DNA of 64,000 bases from Myxococcota bacterium (GCA_040386535.1 JAZKFH010000002.1:123578-187577), one strand, 5' to 3'. Counted from the stretch's first letter, positions 37,718 through 47,716 are shown. The notes: generated by a model from the letters alone, not told the origin. Translations and numbers: made by a program.

Positions 37718-37743
37718 GATCAGAGCACGATCAGAGCACGATC
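37718..37743. repeat. 11-bp tandem duplication spanning a stop codon
   Basis: GATCAGAGCAC x2 followed by GATC. Confidence 0.7.
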
Positions 37744-39080
37744 CCGAACACGCCGAGGCACATCTCGTCGATCGTCTCCTCGCCCAGGTACACGTCGGTG
37801 GGCGTGCTCAGGCCGGCGTCGTCCAGGGCCGTGCGCACCCCGGGGTTCGCCAGCGTGTTGTCGTACGTGCAGCGCAGGCGCAGGGTGTCGCCGCCGCGGA
37901 TCACGGGGACCTCGTCCAGGGGCGCATCGTAGCTGTAGGCGCGCTGCCAGTTGAAGTCCCAGTCGGGCGTCTGCACGAGACACTCGGTGCCGGGCTCGTC
38001 TCCCTGGGGCGCGGCATGGTCGACCTCGATGAGCATGTCCGTGCCGACGTAGTGCATGTGCGTGCCCGCGCTGAAGATCTGGAGCTCCTGCCCGAACGGC
38101 GGGATCGGGTACCGGATTGACTCCACATGGTTCGCAACGTCGGCCGGTACGCGGAACTCGGCGCGGGCATCGCGGTCGTCGGGGCCATTCTCCAGGCCCT
38201 CCAGGGCGCTCGAGGCGTTGCCGAGCAGCGCGAGCATGGCGACGCGGCCGGGCGGGGTGTCCGCGACGCGGAGCTGGAGCGTGGTCGTGTCGGGCGCCGC
38301 CGTCTGCCCAGCGGGGTGGTAGTGGATCTGCATCACGACGAGCGAGCCGGCCTCCAACGAGATGCCGGTCCCTCGCGGCGCCTCGAAGGGGAACGCGCCG
38401 GGCGCCCACGCGCCGAGCAGCGCGCCGCCCAGGCCGAGCCCGCTCCCGCCGAAGCAACTGTAGGTGCCGTCCGCCCCCACCAGCGACGCGCTCTCGCGCC
38501 CGGGATCGGCGTACACGAGCACGTGGTGCACCACCTCGGGGTTGCCCGGCACGACCTGGAGGCCGGTCAACCAGCCGTCCGTGGCGAGCGCCGGATCGAC
38601 GGAGAAGCAGCGGAACTCGTCCGTGTCGCCGGAGGTTACGTACGCGTCGGCGGGCGCCACCTCGTGGGTCGGATTGGCGAGGGCGAGATCGACCGGCGGC
38701 GGGAGGGGGGCCCCGGTTGCGGCGTCGCCCTCGGGCGCGCCCTCGTCGACCCAGGCGCGGAGCAGCGCCTGCTCGGCATCGGAGAGGCGCGGGTCGTCGA
38801 GAAAGCCGAAGCGCGGCTCGCACTCGTCGGTCGTTCGCGCGCCCCACGGCGGCATCGTGCCGGCCTCGACGCTCGCGGCCAGGCTGGCGGCCATGGGCCC
38901 GGCCACGGCGTAGGTGTCGAGCGCGAAGGGGGCCACGCCGCCCGCGACGTGGCAGGAGCCGCAGTGCTCCACCACGATGGGCGCGATGTCGGCGTGCCAC
39001 GTGGGGTGCGCCGGGGCGCCGGCGGCGTTCGTTCCGTCACAGCCCGGGGCGACGATCAAGGCGGCGAGAACGAGGCGCAT
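37731..39080 (-). CDS. Lipoprotein: c-type heme motif plus copper type II (PHM/DBH-like) monooxygenase domains
   Basis: APGC lipobox-like; CGSCH; MPPW; VVHHVL, MQIHYH, THMH, WDFNWQ, DEMC. Confidence 0.82.
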   Translation of the reverse strand: MRLVLAALIVAPGCDGTNAAGAPAHPTWHADIAPIVVEHCGSCHVAGGVAPFALDTYAVAGPMAASLAASVEAGTMPPWGARTTDECEPRFGFLDDPRLSDAEQALLRAWVDEGAPEGDAATGAPLPPPVDLALANPTHEVAPADAYVTSGDTDEFRCFSVDPALATDGWLTGLQVVPGNPEVVHHVLVYADPGRESASLVGADGTYSCFGGSGLGLGGALLGAWAPGAFPFEAPRGTGISLEAGSLVVMQIHYHPAGQTAAPDTTTLQLRVADTPPGRVAMLALLGNASSALEGLENGPDDRDARAEFRVPADVANHVESIRYPIPPFGQELQIFSAGTHMHYVGTDMLIEVDHAAPQGDEPGTECLVQTPDWDFNWQRAYSYDAPLDEVPVIRGGDTLRLRCTYDNTLANPGVRTALDDAGLSTPTDVYLGEETIDEMCLGVFGIVL

Positions 39081-39132
39081 CGGCGATCTCCTTGAGAAAG
39101 GGATCGCCCCGCTCCCCGGGGAACCGCGGGCG

Positions 39133-40131
39133 TCAGGCGACGGCCCACCAGTCGCGGCCTTCCACGAGCTCCGGGCGCATCTCGGCGATCCTCCTCCGAA
39201 TCTCCTCACGGGCGCCCCGCGCGCCCACCGCGACGAGCAACAGGTCCATCTCCAGACAATTCGGGGCGAGACGAGAGAGCGCCTCGGGGCGCAGGACCGG
39301 GGCGCCGTAGCGGGTGGTGCCGGGCTTCAGATCGAGCGCGGCGACCACGTCGTGCCCTTGCTCCACGAGCCAGCGGATCCACGGCTTGCCGGCCTGCCCG
39401 GCGCCCCACACCACGACCCGGCGGCGCGTGGGGAGGAGGACCCGGGCCGCCCATTCGTGCTTGAGAGGGAGGAACGCGGCGCGGGCGTAGCGGGGGTCCG
39501 TGCGGGTGAGGCGGCCGGGGCGATCGCGGAGGATCACGACGTCCTGGGGCACGGCGGCGATGCCGTACCCCGCCGCGACGAGGCGCAGCCACAAGTCGTA
39601 GTCCTCGGGGAAAGGCCCGTCGCGGTAGCCGCCCACGGCCTCGACGGCGGCGGCGCGCATCAGCACCGCGGGGTGGAACAGCGGGCTCTCCACGAGCAGG
39701 CCGATGCGGGGCTCCGTGAGGGAGTTGACCCACTCCGTGTAGACACGCATGCCCTCCGGCACCTCTCCTGTGTCGGCACGCATCCGCGCGCGCCCGCCGA
39801 CCGCGCCGAGGGTGGGGTCCGCGGCGAGCACGGCGCGTTGGGCGGCGATGCGCCCGGGGAGCGCCACGTCGTCGGCGTCGAGGCGGGCGATCAGCGGCGT
39901 GTCGAGGGCGCGGCGCCCGCGCTCCATCGCGGCCACGATGCCGAGCGGCGGCTGGTGGATCACCCGGAGGCGGGGATCGACCGGGAGGACCGACAGGGGA
40001 TCGTCCTGGCTCCCGTCGTCCACGACGAGCACCTCGTCCCCCGGCGCGCACTCGTCCAGGGCGGAGCGGACCGCCTCGCCGAGCCAGCGCGCGGCGTCAC
40101 GAACGGGGATCAGCCAGCCGACACGGTCCAT
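39133..40131 (-). CDS. GT2 glycosyltransferase with C-terminal Rossmann-like tail
   Basis: VVDDGSQD, ARLDADD, HPAV, GGYR, EDYDLW; VVVWGAG tail. Confidence 0.88.
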   Translation of the reverse strand: MDRVGWLIPVRDAARWLGEAVRSALDECAPGDEVLVVDDGSQDDPLSVLPVDPRLRVIHQPPLGIVAAMERGRRALDTPLIARLDADDVALPGRIAAQRAVLAADPTLGAVGGRARMRADTGEVPEGMRVYTEWVNSLTEPRIGLLVESPLFHPAVLMRAAAVEAVGGYRDGPFPEDYDLWLRLVAAGYGIAAVPQDVVILRDRPGRLTRTDPRYARAAFLPLKHEWAARVLLPTRRRVVVWGAGQAGKPWIRWLVEQGHDVVAALDLKPGTTRYGAPVLRPEALSRLAPNCLEMDLLLVAVGARGAREEIRRRIAEMRPELVEGRDWWAVA

Positions 40132-40139
40132 GCGGGCGT

Positions 40140-41399
40140 TTATCGCCCACCCGCGTCGGCGGCGCAATCGAGGCCGTCCACACCGACGAGTGGCCAGGCC
40201 GGGTGCAGGTCCCGATCGGAGGGCGGCGTGGCCAGCGTCGGGGGGCCGTCGGGCGCGATCGCGTCGACGTCGGCGCGATCGTAGACGGGGCCCCAGTCGG
40301 GGAACTCCGGGACGATGTGCGTCGGGAGGCCCAGCGCGGTCACCGACTCGACCGGCACCCCCCACTCGTGGGCCACACGCGCCGGCGAGGGCTCCAGAAA
40401 GGCCATGGTGAGCTGCTCCGCCCACTCGTGCGTAGCGTATTCCCAGTTGATCGCGCTCGGCATGTTCGACCGCGCGCTGGCCAAGAGCGCCTCGGCGGCG
40501 GCGACCTCGGCCACGAACGCGTCATAGGTGTAGTAGCCCTCGGCGGAGGGGTTCTCGGCGGTGCCCTCCTGCACCCCGAGCTCGTGGCACCACATACACT
40601 TGCCGGGCTGGCCGGCGGGGCCGGTAGCGCTGGCGGCCCGGAGCACGCCGTCTCCGTCGTAGACGGCGAAGCGTTGTTGACCGTTCGGCATGACGTCGAC
40701 CGTCTCGAACTCGCGCGGCGTGAACGTGCCGTCCACGAGGCTCCCCTCCCCCTCGGACGCGACCCAGCCGAGCGTGTCGAGCGTCGGGTCGTCGCTCGCT
40801 CCCGAGACCAGGACCGGGTTGAGCGCCACGAGACGCTCGTCGGTCACGAGCAGCGACACGGTGACCGCGTACAGCCCCGGCTCCGGGACCTGGCGCGCGC
40901 CCCTCCACGCCTCGAACGTGGGGCACGCCCCAGTGATCGCGTAGTACCGGCCGGGATCGTAGAGGGTCGCCAGGAGGAAGCGGCCGAGGTCCACGGCGCC
41001 CTCGGTGCGGGCCGCGTCGCGCACGGGGACCAGCGCCGCCTCCACCGCAGGGAGGCTCGCTTCCGGAAACCCGGCCGCGCTGAGGTCGAGCGTGAACCGG
41101 ACGCCGTCCTCGGCCGCGTCGACGTCCCGGATGCCGCCCTCGTCCTCCGGCGGCGTGGCGCCGAGGTTGGAGAGCGCCCACCACACCGCGTCCCTCGCCT
41201 GGTCCCAAGTGAGGTCGTCCCCGCCCGCGACCCACCAGACGGGCACCACGAGCGGATCGTCCGCGAGGACCGGGACCGCGTCGGGCGGCCGGCAGCCGCA
41301 CGGCGCCATCAGAAGGGCCACCAGGAGCCCCACCACGTGCGTCTGGCGCCACCAGGGGCGCGCGGTGAGGGGCATCAGGCGCGGAGCATCCGCGAGCAT
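40140..41399 (-). CDS. Hypothetical lipoprotein with single CxxCH motif
   Basis: Hydrophobic leader ending PCGC; GKCMWCHE; start may be 41376. Confidence 0.6.
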   Translation of the reverse strand: MLADAPRLMPLTARPWWRQTHVVGLLVALLMAPCGCRPPDAVPVLADDPLVVPVWWVAGGDDLTWDQARDAVWWALSNLGATPPEDEGGIRDVDAAEDGVRFTLDLSAAGFPEASLPAVEAALVPVRDAARTEGAVDLGRFLLATLYDPGRYYAITGACPTFEAWRGARQVPEPGLYAVTVSLLVTDERLVALNPVLVSGASDDPTLDTLGWVASEGEGSLVDGTFTPREFETVDVMPNGQQRFAVYDGDGVLRAASATGPAGQPGKCMWCHELGVQEGTAENPSAEGYYTYDAFVAEVAAAEALLASARSNMPSAINWEYATHEWAEQLTMAFLEPSPARVAHEWGVPVESVTALGLPTHIVPEFPDWGPVYDRADVDAIAPDGPPTLATPPSDRDLHPAWPLVGVDGLDCAADAGGR

Positions 41400-41417
41400 G
41401 ATAGCGGCAACGCCGCG

Positions 41418-41912
41418 ATGCCGCTCGACACCCGCACGACCCTGCCCGCGCTCCGGATCCCCATCCTGGCGCTGCTGTTCGCCCTCGCCGGCTACAACGT
41501 CTGGTGCTGGCAGAACGCGCTCGGCACGGGCGAGCCCTCGCTGGCGCGCTGGTTCGCCACCTGGCAGATGTTCACGCTGCGCGATCCGGGCCACTCCGAG
41601 CTGTACGCCGAGGCGAACGTCGGCGGCGAGTGGCAGGAGGTGGATCTCGAGGCGTTGTTCCCCACGAAGTGGGAGTCGGGGCCCCGCTACGCGCGCTCCA
41701 GCTTCTGGAAGTCGATCCCGCGGATGCGCGTCCTGGCGGCGTCGACCTGCTCGCGGCACGCCGAGCACCCCACCCGCGTACGCTTCCGCGTGGAGCGCTG
41801 GGACAAGACCCTCGGAAAGCTGAAGCAGCCGAAACGGCGGCTTCGTAGCGAGGAGATCCTCGACTGGCCGTGTGATCGCGTCGTGGCGCTCCCCGCCGGG
41901 CGGCTGTTGTGA
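41418..41912 (+). CDS. SdpA/DUF5819-like membrane-anchored partner of HTTM protein
   Basis: N-terminal TM, WQMF motif, two Cys in C-terminal domain; GTGA-coupled to HTTM gene. Confidence 0.55.
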   Translation: MPLDTRTTLPALRIPILALLFALAGYNVWCWQNALGTGEPSLARWFATWQMFTLRDPGHSELYAEANVGGEWQEVDLEALFPTKWESGPRYARSSFWKSIPRMRVLAASTCSRHAEHPTRVRFRVERWDKTLGKLKQPKRRLRSEEILDWPCDRVVALPAGRLL

Positions 41913-42796
41913 ACGCCGTTCCCGAGGCCACCCCGGCGCCCGTGGTCCCCGCGCCGTCCGTGCTGGATCGGCTCTACGCCCCCGTGTGGGCCGGCGGCTG
42001 GACCGCCACGCGCCTCGCCTTCGGGGCCGTCTCCCTCGTGTTCCTCCTCCTCCGCGGCCGTGATCTCGCCGACGCCTACGCGGCGACCGACATGGTGTTC
42101 GCCAACTGGCCGCTGTTCCTCGCCAACTACGTGCGCATCACGCTCCCGACGGCGTGGGCGCTCTGGGGCGTCGGCATCGTAGGGCTGCTCGGCGTGCTCG
42201 CGGGTGGCAGGTGGATGCGGCCGGGCCTGCTCCTGTGGGTGGTCGGCGACTGGACGCTCCTCGCGGCCGAGTCGCTCAACATCAAGGCCCACGATCGGCT
42301 CGGGTTGTGGATCGCGCTCGGCCTGTTCCTGTCGCCGGCCGCGGAGCGCGCCCTCTCCACGAAGTGGCGGAGCCCGGCCTCGCGCTGGTACCTGCTCATC
42401 GTCTACGCCGGCATCTACGGGTCGACCGGCTGGCTCAAGCTCATGGAGGAGTCGAGCTGGTGGACCGGCGAGGTGCTCGCTTTTCACCTCCTCCATCGGC
42501 ACTTCGGCGGCGGCGCGCTCGCGGCCTGGGTGAGCGGCCAGGTGTGGCTCGTGGCGCCCATGGGCTGGGCCACGATCCTGTTCGAGGCGTCGTTCCCGCT
42601 GCTCGTGTGGTCGCGCCGGCTCAACCCGTGGCTGCTCGCCCTCGGCGCCAGCTTCCACCTCGGCATCGCCGCGCTGATGAACGTGGGGCCGTTCTCCTGG
42701 GTCGCGCTCTCCGCGTACCCGGTGTTGCTGCACCCTGAAGTGGCGCAGCGGATCTACGAGCGCGCGCGGGGGTTCTTCCCGCGGAGGGCCCCATGA
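41909..42796 (+). CDS. HTTM domain membrane protein (SdpB/gamma-carboxylase-like)
   Basis: YGSTGWLKL...WWTGE, FEASFP, FHLGIAALMNVGPFS. Confidence 0.82.
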   Translation: MNAVPEATPAPVVPAPSVLDRLYAPVWAGGWTATRLAFGAVSLVFLLLRGRDLADAYAATDMVFANWPLFLANYVRITLPTAWALWGVGIVGLLGVLAGGRWMRPGLLLWVVGDWTLLAAESLNIKAHDRLGLWIALGLFLSPAAERALSTKWRSPASRWYLLIVYAGIYGSTGWLKLMEESSWWTGEVLAFHLLHRHFGGGALAAWVSGQVWLVAPMGWATILFEASFPLLVWSRRLNPWLLALGASFHLGIAALMNVGPFSWVALSAYPVLLHPEVAQRIYERARGFFPRRAP

Positions 42797-43155
42797 ACGA
42801 CGACACCACCGCGATCGCCGAGCTCCGCGCCAAGCTCCGGGCCTTCAACGCCGAGCGGGACTGGAGCCGGTACCACTCGCCCCGCAACCTCGCGATGGCG
42901 GTGTCGGTCGAGGCGGGCGAGCTCCTGGAGCTCTACCTGTGGAGCGCCGACGAAGGCCCGCAGCCCGCCGTGGCGAGCCGGGCGCCGCGCGTGGCCGACG
43001 AGGCCGCCGACGTGTTCATCTCGCTGCTCAACCTCTGCGAGGCAGCGGGCATCGATCTCGCCGCCGCCACCGAGGCCAAGATCGCGCGCAACGCATTGAA
43101 GTACCCGGTCGACCGCGCCAGCGGGCGCCTGGAGAAGTGGGACGAGCTCGAGTAG
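42793..43155 (+). CDS. MazG-like nucleotide pyrophosphohydrolase (dCTPase type)
   Basis: ERDWSRYHSPRNLAMAVSVEAGELLE, DEAADV, NALKYP. Confidence 0.92.
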   Translation: MNDDTTAIAELRAKLRAFNAERDWSRYHSPRNLAMAVSVEAGELLELYLWSADEGPQPAVASRAPRVADEAADVFISLLNLCEAAGIDLAAATEAKIARNALKYPVDRASGRLEKWDELE

Positions 43156-43168
43156 CGGCCCGTCGCCC

Positions 43169-43759
43169 CTAGAGGCCGAACGTGGTGGCGTCGTAGCTCG
43201 ACGAGATGTCGTGCCCGCCCACCGTGCCCTCCGTCGCCACCTGGTAGCGGCCGCCGGCCAGCGACACGGTCGTCCCGAAGTCGAGCGCGCCGGCCCCCGT
43301 CGCGGCCCCCCCCGCCACCATGTCGCCCGTGACCATCGACGCGTGGGTGTAGACGCCCCGGTCGGCGGTGGCCGAGAGGTTCCACCGCAGGTCGCCGTCG
43401 AGCACCAGATCGCCGTAGTTCACGTCGACGTACGTGGCCGCGAGCGCCCACACCACCGACCACGAGTCGGCGGTCACGAGCGTCACCACGTAGGTGCCCT
43501 CCACCTGCACCGTGCCGGTCCAGCTGCCCGGGCCCTCCACCGTGCCGTCGAGGCGCCCCCCGCCCGCGTCCTCGAACCATTGGAGCCCCTTCGCGGGCGA
43601 GCCCCCGGCGTCCTCCCCGTCGGGCGCGGAGAACGCGTAGATCGTGGCGTAGGTGTCGGCGTTGACGCTGGACACGGCCTCGTAGACCACGTCGGCCTCC
43701 TCGGGCGTCAACACGCCCGGCGCGCAGCCGATCAAGCCGCCGATCAAGCTGGCCAGCAT
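43169..43759 (-). CDS. Hypothetical beta-rich lipoprotein
   Basis: GGAGG RBS; LIGC lipobox. Confidence 0.7.
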   Translation of the reverse strand: MLASLIGGLIGCAPGVLTPEEADVVYEAVSSVNADTYATIYAFSAPDGEDAGGSPAKGLQWFEDAGGGRLDGTVEGPGSWTGTVQVEGTYVVTLVTADSWSVVWALAATYVDVNYGDLVLDGDLRWNLSATADRGVYTHASMVTGDMVAGGAATGAGALDFGTTVSLAGGRYQVATEGTVGGHDISSSYDATTFGL

Positions 43760-43847
43760 GCCCACCTCCACCGGCATCTTAGCGCGGGGAAGGCCCGTCC
43801 TCCCCACCGTGTGTAAAACACGCATAGCCCTAGGTTGGAGGCCCACG

Positions 43848-44417
43848 ATGCCCGATACGGTGCTGGTCCTCGTGGCCCCGGAGTTCGACGATCTCGAGGT
43901 CTGGTACCCGCGGCTCCGCCTGGAAGAGGCCGGGTACACCGTCCGCTTCGCGGGCCTGGGCGCCGACGAGTACCGCGGGCGCGGGGGCCTCACGTGCACG
44001 CCGGACGGCACCGTCGCGGACTTTCCCGTCTACGACCTCGCGGGCGTCGTGATCCCCGGGGGGTGGGCCCCCGACCGGCTCCGTCGGGACCCCGAGGTGC
44101 TCGACCACCTTCGCACGCTCGATCAGCTCGGACGGATGATCGGGTGCATCTGCCACGGCGGGTGGGTGCTCATCTCCGCCGGGCTCGTGCGCGGCCGCCG
44201 CCTCACCTCGACGGTCGGCATCCGGGACGATCTCGTCAACGCGGGCGCCGACTGGACACAGGCCCCGGTCGTCATCGACCGGAACCTCGTCACGTCACGG
44301 CTGTCACGCGATCTTCCCGCGTTCGGACTGGCGATGATCGAGGTGCTCGCCGCCCAGGGCTCGCGGGGCGAGCCGGACGAGGGCGACGACCCCGAGGCCG
44401 AGGCCGCGCCCGTGTGA
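43848..44417 (+). CDS. PfpI/DJ-1 family protein
   Basis: FDDLEVWYP, IPGGWAPD, ICHGG, LVTSR; GGAGG RBS. Confidence 0.92.
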   Translation: MPDTVLVLVAPEFDDLEVWYPRLRLEEAGYTVRFAGLGADEYRGRGGLTCTPDGTVADFPVYDLAGVVIPGGWAPDRLRRDPEVLDHLRTLDQLGRMIGCICHGGWVLISAGLVRGRRLTSTVGIRDDLVNAGADWTQAPVVIDRNLVTSRLSRDLPAFGLAMIEVLAAQGSRGEPDEGDDPEAEAAPV

Positions 44418-44419
44418 TC

Positions 44420-44908
44420 CTAGTGGTGCCCGTGCCCGTCGGGGCCGTGGATGTGGCCGTGCTGGACCTCCTCGGGGGTCGCGGGGCGCACGGACAGGAT
44501 CGTCACGTCGAAGTGCAGGGTCTCGCCGGCGAGCGGATGGTTCGGGTCGATGAGCACGATGCCCTCCTCGACGCCGATGACCCACACGGGGAGCGCCTCG
44601 CCAGCGGGGCCGCGGGCGTGGAATTGCATGCCGGGCGTGATCTCCATGTCGGCCGGGAACGCCTCGCGGGGCACCCGCTGGGGCTCGACCTCCATGCGCT
44701 CGCCGTAGCCGAGCTCGGGCGGCACCTCGACCTGGAGGTTCTGGCCCACGGCGGCGCCGTCCAGCGCCGACTCGAGGCCCGGGATGATGTTCTGGTAGCC
44801 GTGCAGGTAGTCGATCTGCCCGCTCTCGATGACGGTGCCGTCGCTGCCGGAGAGGGTGTACTGCAGGGAGACGGCGCGGTCGGCGCCGATGATGGCGGTC
44901 TCGGACAT
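44420..44908 (-). CDS. slyD: SlyD-type FKBP peptidyl-prolyl isomerase
   Basis: YLHGYQNIIPGLE, GYGER, DPNHPLAGETLHF, His-rich tail. Confidence 0.92.
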   Translation of the reverse strand: MSETAIIGADRAVSLQYTLSGSDGTVIESGQIDYLHGYQNIIPGLESALDGAAVGQNLQVEVPPELGYGERMEVEPQRVPREAFPADMEITPGMQFHARGPAGEALPVWVIGVEEGIVLIDPNHPLAGETLHFDVTILSVRPATPEEVQHGHIHGPDGHGHH

Positions 44909-45032
44909 TGGAGGAGGCCCGGGGTGAGCGGTTTGTATGGACTCGACGGCCGCGGGACGGCGCGCGACGCACGGTCTAAGATCGGCTCGGCGCCCTTGCC
45001 ACCCTTCGCTGGGCCGCCGTAGGGCCGCGCCT

Positions 45033-46796
45033 TCAGGACCGCCGGCGTCGGCCCAGCGCGCTGGCGAGGCCGAACAGGGCGAGCAAGGCAGCGGGCGACG
45101 CGGGGGTTCCGCACGCGCGGCCGGACTGGGCGTAGGCGTCTTCGACCTCGAGCGACACACCCTCGAAGACCCGGACGCCGTCATCCACGAGCACGGTCCG
45201 CGTGCCGAGGGGGGCATCGGCACGAACGGCGTACCGCACGCGGAGGGTCCCCCCGTCGACCTGCTCCACCGCCTCGATGTCGATCCCGAGGCCGAGGTCT
45301 ACGGTGGGCAGTGCGCCGAGCGTGCCGACGAGGTGGATCTCGAGCTCGGCCTCCTCTCCCTGGCGGACCGACTCGGGCTCGATGCCGGTCAGGCGCGGCC
45401 GCTCGACGCCGGGGAGCACGACGAAGGCATCGCCGAGGGTGACCGTGGTGTCGCCCGAGCGGAGGATGAGGGCGCGTGGCCCGGGGGGCGCATCCTCGGA
45501 CAACACGAGGTCGACGAAGACGGTGTCGACGTCCCGCACGTCGATGGTGCCGATCTGCACGCCGGCGCCGAGGTCGAGGCCCACCGCGCCGTCGACCAGC
45601 AGCAGGTAGTTCCCGGAGACCCGCACGCGCACGGACTCGCCGGGCCACGCGCTGTCGGGCCGGACGGTGCTCACGGACGGGAGCACCCCGTCGACCACGA
45701 TGGCGGACGACACATCCCCCGCGCCTTCGGCGAAGAGCGCGCGCACCGCGTACGACTCCAGTCCCCCGAGGAGCGGCGCGTCGGCCCGCAGCTCGGTCAC
45801 GTCGAGCACGGCGAGGCCGCCTCGTAGCACCTGGTAGCCGACCACCTCGTGGCTGGTCTCGGGCGCGGACCACGAGAGCGGCACGGTCGAGCCGACCACA
45901 CGCCCGGTGGGGCCGGTCAGATCGGTCGGCGCGGGGAGGTAGACGCGGAACGCGAGCTCGTGGTCGAACGGCTCACGGCTGTCGTTCACGCCGTCGGAGG
46001 CGGCGACCCAGTAGGTCACCTCGGTGCCCGGCAGCTGCGCGGGGATCTCCCCCCGCCAGGAGCCGGCGCCCATCGAGATCATCCGCGCGGAGCCGTCGTT
46101 CCCGCCCGCCGTCCACCCGAGCGTGACCGAGGTGATGACCGTGTCGTCCTCGACGGCCACCTCGACCACGTAGGGCCCCTCGAGGTTCTCCGTGTCGGGC
46201 AGCACCGTGAGGTCCGAGAGCTGCGGCGCGGCAACGTCCCCGTCGTGAAAGGCGACCTGATCGATGGTCCACCCGTCCGCCACGGCGGCGAGGTCGGCCG
46301 CGAACGCGAGCCGGACACGCGGCTGGAAACCGAACGTGGAGAGGTCGAGCACCACGGTGCGCCAGCCGCCCGAGGCGCCGACGAAGCCCGTCGCGACCGG
46401 GTAGCCGTACAAAGGCGTGGCGAGCTCGAACCCGTTGCCCGTGTCGACCTCGATCCACCCTGCGTCGCCCAGCGCGATGTCGTACCAGTGCTGGAACGAC
46501 ATCGTGGCGCGGACGACGCCCGTGAGCTCGGGCACCGGGATCTCGAGGTAGTCGACGGTGTCGTTCAGGTAGTCCCGCGTGAGGCCCGTGCTCCACGCGT
46601 GCGTGCCGTCGAACCCGGCGCCCGGTCCGTTCGCCACGCTGCCCCATTCCCACTGCCCGACCTCGCCGCTGGCGATGAAGCCGCCGTCGTCTTCCTGGAG
46701 GTCGTGGCGCTCGAACGGCAACGCGGCGGCGGGGCCGGAGCGCAGCAGGAGCAACCCCACGGCGAGGAGCCCTCCACCGAGGCGGCGCGCGCTCAC
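45033..46796 (-). CDS. Secreted multidomain surface protein (jelly-roll, FN3/Ig-like domains) with MYXO-CTERM-like tail
   Basis: Signal peptide; WEWG, GWTIDQV; PAPTDL...LSWSAP; tail ACG...LLALFGLASALGRRRRS. Confidence 0.7.
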   Translation of the reverse strand: MSARRLGGGLLAVGLLLLRSGPAAALPFERHDLQEDDGGFIASGEVGQWEWGSVANGPGAGFDGTHAWSTGLTRDYLNDTVDYLEIPVPELTGVVRATMSFQHWYDIALGDAGWIEVDTGNGFELATPLYGYPVATGFVGASGGWRTVVLDLSTFGFQPRVRLAFAADLAAVADGWTIDQVAFHDGDVAAPQLSDLTVLPDTENLEGPYVVEVAVEDDTVITSVTLGWTAGGNDGSARMISMGAGSWRGEIPAQLPGTEVTYWVAASDGVNDSREPFDHELAFRVYLPAPTDLTGPTGRVVGSTVPLSWSAPETSHEVVGYQVLRGGLAVLDVTELRADAPLLGGLESYAVRALFAEGAGDVSSAIVVDGVLPSVSTVRPDSAWPGESVRVRVSGNYLLLVDGAVGLDLGAGVQIGTIDVRDVDTVFVDLVLSEDAPPGPRALILRSGDTTVTLGDAFVVLPGVERPRLTGIEPESVRQGEEAELEIHLVGTLGALPTVDLGLGIDIEAVEQVDGGTLRVRYAVRADAPLGTRTVLVDDGVRVFEGVSLEVEDAYAQSGRACGTPASPAALLALFGLASALGRRRRS

Positions 46797-47716
46797 TCCT
46801 CCTCCACGACGAGCGTGTAGAGGATGCTGATCTCCGCGTCCGCCGCGGGCGCCGTATCGAACACCAGGGCGGGATCCACGAGGTCCAGCCGCCAGCCGCT
46901 CTCCACCCGGACGCCGTCGATCTCGACGCGGGCCGACCCCTCCACGGGCGCCCACTCGAGCGGAAAGCGCGTGGCGTATTCGGCGGCCGCCCCGCCCAAC
47001 GCCGCGGCGACGGCGGAGAAGTCGGCGGTGCAGAGGCTCTGGACGATGCCGCCCGTGGCCTCGGCGAGGGCGGTGTAGCGGGCCGCGGGCTCGGTGCCGC
47101 ACCCGCCCGGGACATCGCCGACGACAGCCGACACCCGCGCGACACGGCCGCTGCTGGTCTCTTGATCCGCCAGGGTGGTCAGGAACGCGCTGCCCGGGTC
47201 GATGCCGAGCCAGAGGTCACTCTGGTCGTCGCCGTCCGACACGAAGATCACGTGCAAGCCGGCGTCCGCACGGCGGAAGCCTCGGTTGAAGCCCTGCTCG
47301 TCGGTGAGGGTGCGGGTCGCGGTGTAGAACCCGGCGGCCGGCGGTGCGCTCTCGGCGCCCACCTGGAGGGCGGACGCGAGGGCCGCGGCGGGGTTCTCGG
47401 TCGAAGCCGTGACGATCCAGGGACGGCCGACAAGGACGCCGTCATCCGCGGGGTCGGTGGTCGTGACGCCGATCTGGTAGGCGAGGTTCAGGCCCGCGAG
47501 CGTGTCGAGGAAGGTGGCGGCCGCACCCGCGAGGGCCACCTGCTCGTCGGCCATGCTGCCCGTGCTGTCGACGACGAACAACACGTCGACCTCGGGGAGC
47601 GCCGCCTGGACGAAGCGCTCCTCGACCACCACGGGGGGCACGGCCTCCACATCGGGCGCCTGGACGACGTACTCGACGCATCCGGAGAGCAGCGATGATG
47701 CGAGGAACCAGCCCAA
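46793..47716 (-). CDS. VWA-domain lipoprotein
   Basis: LSGC lipobox; DVLFVVDSTGSM (MIDAS), VIFVSDGDD. Confidence 0.82.
   Translation of the reverse strand: MGWFLASSLLSGCVEYVVQAPDVEAVPPVVVEERFVQAALPEVDVLFVVDSTGSMADEQVALAGAAATFLDTLAGLNLAYQIGVTTTDPADDGVLVGRPWIVTASTENPAAALASALQVGAESAPPAAGFYTATRTLTDEQGFNRGFRRADAGLHVIFVSDGDDQSDLWLGIDPGSAFLTTLADQETSSGRVARVSAVVGDVPGGCGTEPAARYTALAEATGGIVQSLCTADFSAVAAALGGAAAEYATRFPLEWAPVEGSARVEIDGVRVESGWRLDLVDPALVFDTAPAADAEISILYTLVVEEE

Noticed and set aside
42793..43155. MazG-like gene as anti-phage effector
   Set aside because: Ordinary house-cleaning dCTPase-type sequence with no defence context
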